Source: Vitrella brassicaformis CCMP3155
Lineage: Eukaryota > Protista > Chromerida
Length of the DNA stretch: 64,000 nt
Reading direction: 5' to 3'
Assembly (NCBI GenBank): GCA_001179505.1
Contig: CDMY01000491.1
Location: 2,881 to 66,880 of the forward strand
In this document: in pieces, positions 49,097 through 60,812 of the stretch
Position numbering within the stretch: the stretch's first letter is position 1
How the letters are laid out: every line of letters begins with the position of its first letter
Notes under the pieces: generated by a model
Database searches by the model: none
What the model was told of the DNA's origin: nothing
Seen by the model: the letters and a program-made list of their open reading frames with translations, nothing else
Made by a program: the position numbers and the translations under genes

Positions 49097-52000
49097 TCAT
49101 TTGCCAGAGAAGAAGCGATTTACACACTGCCAGAAGTACCCTTTGCCGTTGGCGTAAAGGTCCTCCTCCTCCTCGGATGAATGCCGTTTGTATGTGCGCG
49201 GTGCGAGGTAGGATGTGCTGTCATGGAAGCCCAGGTACTGCACCCGGATCATGTGCTGAAGTGTCTGGCCGGTGCTCTCGTAGCCCGGCATCAACTCACC
49301 TGACACACCACAAACAGACATCCGTGGAATCGCCATATCAACACTGAATGCCTCCGTATACCTGCGTCGTCCGTCCGGCCGCCCCCGTGGCTGCTGCAGT
49401 GTCTGAATGCGTGCTTCAGCTCTTTGTGTTTGGCCTCGCTGGCCTGAGTGATGAATGGTGCAAGAGAGCCGTGGCAGATGAGGGCGAATCTGCCGTGTTC
49501 CACGATCCAGTGGAGGCAGGTGGGGAGGTCGGGCTTGTCGACCCCTGCACGGAAGAGGCGGCACCACCTCTCCATGAAGGCGACAGCCGAGACGCCGTAC
49601 TGTTCAACGCGGCTCTGAGAGGGCTTGATGCTCAGCAGCGTGATGGCCATGCCTCTGAAGTAGAGCAGCAGGGCATGCAAATCCCACCCTGCACACAAAG
49701 AGGTGTCGACGTGCATGCAGTGTAATGATTGACTGGCCTGGGCGGACATGGCCTCGAAGGTGCGGGTGGGGGGGTTGATGTCGCCAGTGAGGTTCATACG
49801 CCGGATGCGTGACATGTCCATCCAGCTGTCGGTCGGCAGCGAGCACAGGTGGCATCGATGCGTCGCCGATCCGCCACTCAGGCCCAGCACCAGTGGGAAG
49901 GATGCACCGTCTGCACCAACGCGTACGCTGGCTGGCTTCTTGAGGTGTGTGTCGATGAATGTGAGGGTGGCAGGCTTGATCTCGGCCTTGTGGGTGTCGA
50001 TGAACTCGCGCAGACGCTTGGCGACGTCAGGACGCACATTCAATCGTCCTGAAAGAGAAAATGCAATGAGCAGACGTTGTGCAATACGTGTGAAGCCCAA
50101 ATGTGAGAGACGGTACCGTGAATCGTCGAGCGGCGCTGCCTGCCCTCCGCGTCGGCCACCCACACCTCAATGCCAAGCTCAAGACGCTCCTTGATTTTGT
50201 CCACCACTTGAGTGAAGATGTGTTGGAAGGCGTCCCACGACTCACGCCCTGTAAAACAGCACATATAGAGGTCCATCGCACTTTCACAGTGAATCATACA
50301 CTCACCGCGGAACACACACACTGGATGCAGCCAGCGAGGCTCGAACAGCTGCTCATTGCTTAGGCCGCCCAGGCGAACGTAGAGTGCGACGGCTTTGTTG
50401 TCCTCTGTGACAGACATCCGTGTCAGACCGGTCCCATCGAAGAGCAGGTCCATTTCGATGTGGTTCACACCCGGCTTGATGCTGGTGGGTGCGGCGTATG
50501 CAGGCAGCTTGAGGAAGGCGCGCAGAATTGGGCCGATCTCGGCGGCCATGCACGTGACCGTGCGGCCGTCAACGTCAGCGTCAACCCGATACAACTCAAT
50601 GCCGATCTCGCGGTCCAGCTGCTTGATGTCGGTCTTCACGCTGTCGAGTGGCTTGAGTATGCGTGGGACGAACGCCGATATCGTGCGGCCGTCAGAGGTC
50701 TCCGTGCGGTCGAGAAGGATGCCGCCCCGCATGCGGTATCGCCCACCGTGCTCCGTCTCTCGACAGCTCATGAACGGCGACAGGGCACCGTACTTGGCGT
50801 CTGAGATGCAGGCGATCAGCTTAATGGCGGTGGACATGCGGATGGGGTAGAGGTCCTCAACACACTGGCAGACGTGCTTCTGCACCCGCACGGCAACCTC
50901 GCGGCCGCATGCATCGGCGAGGAAGTTGATGAGGGTGTACCCATCGCCAAACACGAACTGCAACAGCACAGACAAACGATGAGAGGAAGAGATATCCGCT
51001 GCCTCCCTATGTATGTCTCTCACCTCGCCAGGGCGAAACAGGCGTGTGTCGAAGATGGCCTGCTTCAGTAGCTTCATGGCGAATTGGAGGCGGATGGGCA
51101 GGTCGGCGAACTTCTCCACACGGACCGTGCTGACTGGCGCTTCCTCACTGTCTGTCTCGCTGGGCTCACTGAGGTCACGGCTGGAAGGGAGAGGGGCAAT
51201 CAGGCAGAGGATCTGACGCAGCTGGCCGTAGAGCCGTTCTGTCGTGCGGGGCGATGTGGGCTCCTGGGTGCGCGAGCGTAGACGGATGTCCTCTCCCGCC
51301 TCGATCTTGGCCGCCCTCTCTTCTCCGTCACGGCCACTCCGCTTGAGTGCACGCAGCCAGAGGGCGACGTAGTGGCAACCGCAGGGGATGGCTTTGGGTT
51401 TCCTGAGTTGCAGCCGTTTCTCGAGCCAGGTCTCGAAGAAGAGATAGTCTGGTGCGGATGGCTCCTGGCCGAGAAGCCGCAGGCCCTCCTGCATCGGCCA
51501 CATGGCGCATCTCGAATGCCCGCAGCTCATCCTCCAGATTGCTGGTGGCAGACAGCCTGACGATGGAGTCGTCCGTCTCGGCGCACGATGATGCCAGCAG
51601 GGCGTCGATGGCGGACACACCGGGCTTGATGGTCACTCGGGCGACCTTCAGGAGTCGGTTGAGGAGGTCACTGGTGCTGTTGGGCATGGCGGAGAGATCG
51701 CGGGGTTGTGTGTTCTTGCCGGCCCTCTGGTTTGCGGCGGTGCTCCGGGATGCGATGACCGCTGCCCGCTCCTGAGCGGCACTCTCGACTGCCAAGACGC
51801 GGCGGGTGTGGTAGCGTGGCTGAGGTTGGGCGGTGGCGGCTGCAGCGGCAGGGGATGCAGGGGCCGGCTCGTCGCCATCGATGTGGCGGGCTTCTTCCGC
51901 CAGTCGCCTGCGAAAGGCGGATGACGACAGCTCTGACAAAGAGCAGAACAGATGGAGATTGGTGTACGTTTATCCATTCTTTCGCATCTGGCTGGTCTTC

Positions 52001-52302
52001 TCACCCTCCTCTTCGATGGACAGGTGCATGCTGCCTTCTGGCTCGCCAGCAGATCCATCGCCGTCCTCGCCATCCCAGCCACCTCCCTCCCCATCGCCCC
52101 CCTCCATCTGGGCATCATCGCCATCTGCCTCGCCCCCCTCCATGATCTTGTCCTCGGCATCTCCATGGTGGTCAAGGTCGTCGTCCTGCTGCTCGTCTTG
52201 CTGCTCGCCCTCCCCGCTGTCGGTGCGGCGCTTCTTGGGGGGGTGGGCGTTCTGACCCTTGGGAAACATCCCGGTGTTCTTTTGCACTTTGGTGCGGCCC
52301 AT
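49097..52302 (-). mobile_element. RAG1-like/Transib-superfamily DDE transposase, spliced, with one apparent frameshift near 51500
   Basis: D1 LLFDGTG (50436-38); KAVALY..PVCVFRGRES; D2 VGADG (49909-11); GLSGGSATHRCHLC (CxxC 49843-54); EQY..AF..W..LF; LHWIVEHG (H-x4-H); GSL..TQASEAKHK (E 49435-37); introns at 51933-52004, ~50250-50310, ~50050-50117 and ~49300-49360. Confidence 0.85.
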
Positions 52303-52486
52303 TGTGGTTGAAGAAGGAGGGATGAGTTGGAGAACTGTAAATGCGGAGAGGTCGAGGTCCCCATTGCAGAAGCCATGAGGCAGCGACACTTGAAGGCAGG
52401 CAAGAGAGAGCCTCTGCGGAAGCAGTGGGGGCGGGAGGGGGCTGATTGATGAGTTGGCTTGGTTGTTCGGACCGGTTGGCGATGTC

Positions 52487-53073
52487 GGCCCGTCTCTTTG
52501 TGTGGTGATTGCCTGTCACCCTCTGAGTGTTTCTGCCGGGCGCTTTGTGGATTGGCGGTCAGGGTGGAGAGAAACGAGTGATCGGTCGTGTGTATCCGCC
52601 AGGCAATCGGTAATAACTCGGTGAGGAAGTCGAGCAGCGGCCCGTCTCTTTGTGTGGTGATTGCTGTCACCCTCTGAGTGTTTCTGCCGGGCGGTTTGTG
52701 GATTGGCGGTCAGGGTGGAGAGAAACGAGTGATCGGTCATGTACTTCGTGTCGATCAATCACTAATAACTCCATGAGGTGAGCACCAATCGGCACGCCCC
52801 TTTGTCAGGGTGTTCAGCAGAGACACCCCGTAATTTGCACCCGACGGATTTTTGATTGCGTGTCTCGTTGCAGAGATACGACGCCAACAAGCCATCGGGT
52901 ACATGGGATTTCTCAGGAAATCGTTAATAACTCTTCACGGTTGATGGCTACGGGGCTCATTTTTGGTGAGTGTGATGCTGTTGACATGCTTGACATTTCC
53001 ACCCGAGGGATTTTTGATTTATGGTCTGGGTGCAGAGATATGGCACACCCCCATACAAATCTCCCCCAAAGTG
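52487..53073. repeat. Subterminal direct repeats upstream of the transposase plus a candidate terminus (minus strand begins CACTTTGGGGG at 53073)
   Basis: ~105-bp repeat at 52487-52590 and 52638-52742; CACCCGA.GGATTTTTGATT at 52838 and 53000. Confidence 0.6.
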
Positions 53074-53339
53074 AAAAAGGTGGCGGCTCAACCCGGTCGG
53101 TCAGTTTGTCGTGGATCAGAGAGCCACATTGCAGTGACTGCAAGTTGCTGCCCTCATGCGTCAATCATTCGTTGATTCATTCATTCATTCATCCATTCAT
53201 TCGCTTCCTGGGCATTCTCGAGTCTGTTTTGAATGAGAAGGAGTCTGTTTCTCGTGAGAACGTGTTCTCGGTGGGCCCCAGGAGATCAAGACATGGAGGT
53301 TGAAGCCAGTCCAGACCATCAACACCATCGGAAAGTAGT

Positions 53340-53973
53340 TATGGTCTTAATACAAAAAAGACACATCGCGCACCCACTTCTACACGGACGCAGTGACCTT
53401 GCCCTTTCCTGCTCAAACTTGTGGGGTCCGCTGTTCGGGCGCAATGCGTGATCCATTCCGGGAACGGAGGTGACCGACAGGCGACATTGCGGGCCTGGAC
53501 TTTTTGCGGGTCGGCCCGAGAACTCAACCGCCCACCACACCCAGGTCAACCGCAGCAACGCACGTCGGCCGGACGGTTTTGCAGCTGCAGGGGCGGAGCG
53601 CGACAAAGATCGCAAGTACGGTGCCAACTGTCGGCAGAAAGGCTACACCTTCGTGCCCCTAGCAGCGGAGACGTTCGGCCGTTGGGGTGGCGAGACCCTC
53701 ACTCTGCTTCGCCGTCTGGCGCAGCGGCGCGTCCCCCCACCCGCCAGCTCTGCAGAAGACCGTGCATTTTTTCATGAGGGTGTCATGAACCATTGGGGGC
53801 AGTGTTTGTCGGTCGCGCTGATGCGCTGGAATGCTTTTCAAGTGTCCTGCCGCGCTCATCATGCGGCCGATGCTCGGACACAGCAGCGGGCGGGTCTGTT
53901 TCCTGAGGACCTCATCTCTCGAGGGCCCTACAGGGCACAAACCCGCACGTTTGCCTGCCAGGACCGGCCGTGA
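53340..53973 (+). mobile_element. CRE-like REL endonuclease 3' fragment
   Basis: GRSDL, EVTD, AERDKDRKY, FVPLAAETFGRWG, HWGQCLSVALMRWNA, ending LISRGPYR; followed by a TG-rich 3' region. Confidence 0.8.
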
Positions 53974-54304
53974 GGGATTGATTTGGGGACGTGTTGTTAT
54001 GGGTCGGGCTTGGGTTGCGTGGTGGTTTGGTTGGTTGGTTAACTGGGTTTGGTAGGGCATATGATAGTCGCTTGTGTGATTGCGTTTGATGGGCTGTTCG
54101 GTTTATATCAGAGTGCTGCTATCATCCATGCCGTATGGTGCGCATGTGTTTCTGCGATCGCTTGTGTCTTTGCGTGTGCAAATCCATACCGACTCTAGAT
54201 CAGACGTGCTGGTCGCCCATGCTTCCGTGTAAACGATACTTTTTGCGGGCCTACCGTTTCGCAAAAAAAAGTCCAAAAACGATCGTCGCCTACTGTTTTC
54301 CATT

Positions 54305-54934
54305 ATGGGAGAGGAGGTATTGTTGGGTGACGACGATTGTCTCCGTACTAAAATGCGGCTTCGGGCCATGATGGAAAAGACCAAAATGTAAGCGAAGAGT
54401 GGACGCGAAGATACTGGTGACCTGTTGCTGCCTTCTCTTGCAGGTGTCCATGGCTGAAAACAGAGTGCTTCCGTGGGGCACAATGCAACTTCGCGCATTT
54501 TGAATCGGAGCTTCGGCCTCGCCCAGAAATCCCCGTGAATGACGTACAAAGGAAAGATGCGGTGACTCACGAAACCTTTCCAATGTGCAGGAGAGCTATT
54601 TTGACAGCTATGTCAAGGCCAACAAGCTGCGAAGGAGGGCCCTCAAGAGAGAAGGAATGGAAAGAGCAGGTGGACCGAACATGTCCCAACAATTCCTTTT
54701 CTATGTCCAACTCCATGTTTGTTCTGTGACCACGCAAAAGCCTCATGGAGTGCTGGCAGCACGAGCTCCTCTCCCAAACTCGGAGAGGGACTGCCGGGCC
54801 CCATTTGTGGCACAGGAGAGGCAAGATGTTTTCTCTTCTCTCACTTGCAGCATCGCGGCAGGGTTCACAAGTTCATTTCGGATATGGTAATGAAGGAGCT
54901 CAAAGGAGCAGCTCCCGATGCCTATGAAGAGTGA
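54305..54934 (+). CDS. Small CCCH zinc-finger protein, multi-exon
   Basis: Spliced MEKTKMCPWLKTECFRGAQCNFAHFESELRPRP (C-x6-C-x5-C-x3-H with KTK and FAH..ELR hallmarks); C-terminus ELKGAAPDAYEE*. Confidence 0.75.
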
Positions 54935-56784
54935 GCGAATTCTGAGCGCACGCCCTTCCTTTGGAAAGACAAGCGCAGTGAGTGAGGAAGCCTCTCTGCC
55001 CCATCCGTTCATTAAGCGCATTAAGCGTCTTAGTTGAGCTTTCGTTCCTGCGAAGGCGACTGGGGGAGATCCGTGTCCGTGTGTGTGTCCGGCTGCGCAG
55101 CTCTGGACCGACCTCCTCTGCTCTCTGTCTGCTAGGATACCTTTCCTACTCTGTGAGGGTCGTGCCTCTGTGAGGGTCGTGCCTTGTGGGCGTCTGCGAG
55201 TGTACTGGCTGGCCGGCTGAGTGTGTGCGAATACGTACATTCTGTAAGGCCATGGTCTAATGTGCGCGCTGGAGTTTCCTCAGGGCCGTGTGCATGCCCC
55301 GTCGCATGCCCTAGGCGGCTAGCGAAGGCCTAGTCTCATGTTTGTCCATTCGCTTGGGTTTCAGGTCAACTGCTCCCGCAACACGCTAGCTGCATCAAAC
55401 ATCAATTTATCATCGACCACATGCTGATGTACGGGGGGGTTGGCTGACGTGCATCGTTGAACATCCTTACCGGATGATGGAAGTGTTGGTTGCGTTTGTC
55501 TTCGGCGTCTGAGTGCTCGAAGCCCCTTTTTGCGGAGTTTCCCTTTCCTGTGCCATTCTCTCCCTCGAGTCGTTTGTCTGGTTTGTGCCCAGGCGCCCGG
55601 CGGACGGTGACAAGGAGCCCTGGTATGACATTCATTCACGTATGTCTCATTCGGTCCCATGCCACACGCCCGCCGACGCATCCATCTCCGCTAGGCGGAT
55701 GGCACACGTCTGGTGCTCATGGTGGTGTGTGTCGATTTGTGACAGTTTTCTTTTGTCTGTTTTGGTCACTCATGTCGGCAACTCGTCGAATGATTGCCGG
55801 AAGTCGTGCTCTGGATTCGGTTTCCAGGCTTTCATCTTTTCGTTCTTGACGAGTGCTGGGAAACTACTCTGACCGAATTGCTTTAGCAAGTACCCCAAGA
55901 GAGCTTCGAGTTTGGCCGGTCCATCGCCCTTCAAAAACACGCCATTCGGGTCAGACTCTTGCAGATCCAGTCATTCAAGTTGTCTCTTGCACGCCCTCGT
56001 ATGGCATCACATACAAGTCGTATGAAGTGCTTTTCAGGTATGGGTAGTTTAGGCGTGCTGCCTTGACCTGTTTGATGACGTCACATCCGACTTGTCATCG
56101 AATGGGCGGAGGGTCACTGTTGGTTTGAGTACATACTGCATAGCAGCCATCTGTGTTGACAGCCTGTCTATTGGGCTGCTGCTTTGCGTGTCATGCCGTG
56201 GTTGGTGGGGTGTATGACCCTCCCTTTGATTCGTTGCTGCCTGTGGAAGCATAACTATGCTTGCTGTGTCATCGGTTGTATGTGCGTGCTGACACACTCG
56301 ATTCGTTTCGTGCCTCTTGTATCGCTGAGACACTGCCCACATTATCGTAAGGTACTGGACCTTCCTTAGAACTGGAGAGAGTGGGCATGCAGTCATCGTT
56401 GAAACCCCATGCGGGCCGATTCTATAATTTCTCCGATCTGGACATATGATTACGGTGCTGGAGATGTCACTCAATCTGTCACGTGTATACATGACGGGAA
56501 AACTAAGCATGTCTCCAACCAGCTGGAAGACACCTGGACCGACGGTGAGACACCAGCTGCAATCATCTCGCACTTTTCTACGCAGTCCCTCGGCAGGACG
56601 GAAAAGGATAAGTATGCTTTGGCTTGTCGCCTTTATCCCTCCTCTCAACAGCCTCCATGAGGTTGTCTCAATAATTGCGTCGGGGAGGCTTGAAGCATCC
56701 ACTTACATGAATTTCATCAATTGAGCACGTCAGCTCTAATGCAGGTGTACACAGACTCACGTTCATAAATCGATCCATCTTTCA

Positions 56785-57748
56785 CTAATTGAGCAGGATC
56801 AGCCACGCGATTGCGACGTAGAAGAGCCACACGGGGTAGACTGCTAGTGCCTTGCGGTCCTCGGCAACGAGTTCCGACATGAATCCGACAGAAGCTGAAG
56901 AGATGAAATGAAAAACAGTCACCATGTTCGTGATTGTGTCTGTGATCGCTTCCTGCCTCCAGTCGCCCAGTGGAGGGCGATAAGCATCAGGATAAACTGC
57001 AGATACAGTGGACGAGATTCACAGGACGGGGCGTATCGTGTGGTGAAGTGCCACCGTGACAGCCCTCACTTTGACGATAGATCCGATCGACGAGGGAAGG
57101 AAGAGGCACGCAAACGCTGCCAGGACAAGGGGACAGATGCAGTAGCCGAGGACGCAAACGCTCTGGAAGAAAGATCTGCATGAACACGAACCAAATTAAT
57201 CATGAACTTCACTGGCACGACATTTTCCTACATCTTTCCACCAAGCAGCAGGGCGTTGAATGTCACCACGACAGCACCCAGCCACACAATGACATAGACG
57301 AGGCCGAATACCACCTCTTGCTGATTCTCTGGGGCATTTGCCCACAGAATGCTAGGACAAAACACACGTGAAAGGAAGCGTGGGTGGCACGGCGTGGGTT
57401 GCATACATCGAAAGGATGAGGCATAGGAAGAGCGGTCCCCAGAGATCCCCTGCACACCACAAGCACAGGGGGACTTCTTAACCCGCCATTTCACCGGTCC
57501 TGCCTACACTGCTTTAGCCCAGCGCCAGCCTCGGATCGAGAGCGCGGCAGCATCACGTAGTACAGTTTCTTGCCGACGCTGCGGAGATCTCGCATCTAAG
57601 CACACATGTGAGAAGGATGGGAGAGACACAGGCTGGATGTACGGCCTCGTACGATAGTGTCGACGACGGGCTCGTCTAGCGTTCCGATGCAGTCCACTGC
57701 TCTCTCGGATGAGAGGGGGGCATCCATAGACCCGCGAACGTGTGTCAT
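56785..57748 (-). CDS. YIPF6: Yip1-domain protein, YIPF6/Yip4-like, multi-exon
   Basis: [89 protein letters not shown]. Confidence 0.9.
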
Positions 57749-58959
57749 TTTCGATTTCGTGATGCGAGAGTTTCAGGGAGCACCCTAACCAGAGCACTAG
57801 ACGGATGGGTTGTTGTTTGACGCGAGCTTTGGCAAGCTTTTTCATGAAAACCCGTGGGAAAAATTCCAACCATTGCCCGCACCCTTTTGAGCACACCAGC
57901 AGCACACAGCAGACCCCCCCACCTCAGGGGCGTCCAGGAGGAGCGAAAAAAACGGTGAAAACAGCACCAGAAGCGGTGAACACAAGACAAACAGAGCGAG
58001 AACCAAAGGGACACTGCAGAAGGCACGTAGGAGGTCACACACCAGCCAACGAAACCCAATGGAGCACGCTGGGCACAAGAAAAGCAAAAGAAACGGCGAA
58101 AAAAGCACCAGAAAAGACCGCCGCACGTCTTCCCCACGAAAAAATGTGTCCCTGAGCACCCAACGCCGTCTCAGTAGATAGAACAAACAACTTTGCAGGC
58201 GGAGGCAGAAAGCAACGGCGAAAAAAGGCAGCACGAGGCCGTCTCCTCAATGTCTCGCACAAATGATAATCTGGCGTCTCTCCACTGCATTCCACCATAC
58301 CGTTGGTTTCTCTGCTCTTTTGTGTCGTCTCTCCACTACACATACACGCTAGTGCAGTAATGAAGTGTTGCTGTTGTACGAATTTGGTGCACTGTCATCA
58401 GGGCTTGGATGGGCTGCAGAGCTTCCTCTCTCAAGAGAATCCATTTACCAAACGAGTCCACAGGGGCTACTCACGTCAACATGTCACTCTATCAAAAGTT
58501 GTTTTCCTCTGCGTTGCAGCTATCCAAGACCGTATTGAGCATGTCCCAAAGCCCCTCCTCGCCCACGGCTCGCCATTCCATCCCCATCTTACTCTCCCCT
58601 TCCGATCACCGCACCCTGTCGCTTGCCCAAGAGCTTCATCAAGCTCTGAGCTTCTGCAAGCAACAGCCCAACCCCGATGAGCGCCGTAGCGTCCCTCCCG
58701 GTCAAGAGAATTGTCCTTCCTCTCTCTATTCCCAGTGCCTTTCTATTGGTCTCCACGGCCACGGCCACGGCGCATGCAAGGGTTGCCAACACTATTGCAG
58801 CCCTCGGAACAAGTGATGGGGACTACGAGCTAATACGGCACAGTATCCAGCCCCGAACACTTTCCAGCCGTGTGGGAGCGCTCTTAAAAGAGCGAATCAA
58901 AAGTTTCTTTTGATCGACGAGACGCTAAATTAGCGTCGACTGAAGGGCCGCCCAAGCCG

Positions 58960-60242
58960 CAGGTAAGTGACACAAATAGCGACTCTCTCATGCGATCATC
59001 CGGGCATCATACTTATTCTCAGGTGTCGTCGTCTGTCATGCTCGAGATGTTTCCGAACACTCAGCCAGCTGCAGGCCAGCCGACCACGGAGACAGCCACG
59101 CGGGGTGAGGAAGGTGCAACGGAAGCCACCGCCATCGACCTGGAGGAGGACGAGCTGCTTGAGCAGGGCAAAGGTGCGAGCAAGCAAGCCAAGTCTTCTG
59201 CCTTCTGCTGTGATGTGTCTTTGATGACACAGATGGTGACGCATTGTTCGGGACGGAGGGAGGACCAGCTGGGCCCCCGCAGAAGAAGCGGCCACATAAG
59301 AGTCGGTACCAGGCTCGGATCGAGTTGAAGGAGAAGATGATTGGACAAGGCTTCTCAGAGGAAGCCGCAGAGAATGCCAGTCTGCTTGCGTATCCAAATG
59401 CAAAGAATCCGCCAAGTGAGCAGCGGCTTGTGCCCGGTCTGATGTGTCAGTGCGTTGTGTGTCTCTGTTCTGTGCAGAGGCCAGGAAGGTCAAGGCCACC
59501 ACAGGGGGCGGGCAGGAGGCACCAGCGGCGAAAGCCAAAAGCAAAGCCCCCGTGGTCCCGAAGCTCCCGCCGCCTCCGTCCAAGCAGCCGAGCGCCTCGT
59601 TGGCAGCCTCCCAATCCAGCACCGAGCCGATGGTCCCTCCAGCTGCACCGAAGGCCAAGGCAGGGGGGAAACCACTGGGACGTGAGAAGAGCGACATGAG
59701 CAAATGTAAGTACATACCCGACTTCTGCTCGACAAGTATGCGTGTATGCGTGTGTGTCTCTACACAGACGAAGGCTTGTCGGCTGGCGGGGCCGCACGGC
59801 CCAAGGCCGCTGCGGCATCTGTCCAGCCTTCTGCGTCTGCCCCCGCCAATGCCACTGAGTAAGGTGAGGATACACGAGACTTCACGTGATGGAGAGCTGT
59901 TTGTGTGTCCTTGCAGTCAATGTTTGGATGGTGAAGGAGACAATGATAGCGGAGAGGAGGAGCACGTATCTGTGGATGGTGAAGGAGACAATGATAGCGG
60001 AGACGAGGAGGACGAGGACGGCCGCGCCGACGCCTGTGGCTGCGAGGAGGACATGCGTGAGTGGCTGGATATGCAGCAGGATCCTGAGAATCAGTATGAT
60101 ACGAGTGAGGATGAGGTGGTGTATGTGTGTGAGGCCTGTGGTGGTGCTGCATACGTTGATGAGGAGGGTGACGGCCTCGTCTGCTCCGAGTATGGCTGTG
60201 ACTGGACGGGGGACATTCCTGATATATACCCCTATAGTGAGT
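58960..60242 (+). CDS. Hypothetical multi-exon protein with Pro/Lys-rich and acidic regions and a C-terminal zinc ribbon; 5' part unresolved
   Basis: GT-AG-bounded exons; ends YVCEACGGAAYVDEEGDGLVCSEYGCDW. Confidence 0.45.
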
Positions 60243-60509
60243 AACTCGTGTGATTGATAGATCAAAACGGTTGCGAGTGGGTTGTGTCTGATCGATCAAT
60301 GAAAAGCGTTGCCCCTCCTTCAACTTGATGGCATGTCCGTACAGCGCAGCACATGCATCAGCAAAAGTCCAAGTCATTACACAAGTCCACTTACACTTAC
60401 AGCGAACTTAATCGTCAGTCAGTGCCGATACTATCCTAAAGACTCTGTTCCGATCTCGGAAGGAAAGAAGATCTATGGAATCCGTGCTGGTGACAGTGAC
60501 AGCGTTCAT

Positions 60510-60812
60510 TTTTTCATTCATTCATTCATTCGCGTCTCCTATGAACGCATGAAATGCATTCATGGAAACGATTAGCAGCCCTGCAAAAACGAGGCAGAGA
60601 CCAGGGCGGGTGTCCGGCACACCAAGGTTTCCCTTGGCTACCCCTGGATTTCGTAAAAGGCCAGTTCGTTTTCACCCTGATGGCGGCAGGGCTGCCCGGC
60701 TTGCATACTCCCCTGGGCCGGGGGAGGTGGTGTGCCAGGTATATGTCGTGGGGGTGCGTGTACGCGTCTGTCTTGTATGCTCGGTGTCCGTGGGTGTCGT
60801 GTGTGCACAGGT
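60510..60812 (-). repeat. Dispersed repeat family A, copy 3, with (TGAA)n tail
   Basis: Reverse complement aligns with 2030-2340. Confidence 0.8.

Noticed and set aside
56049-56702. 217-aa ORF as a gene
   Set aside because: No recognisable motif, and competing open frames on the opposite strand; not supportable by eye.
60420-60470. 5S rRNA fragment (ATACTATCCT..GTTCCGATCTCGGAAG)
   Set aside because: Two short matches with wrong spacing and no downstream 5S sequence.
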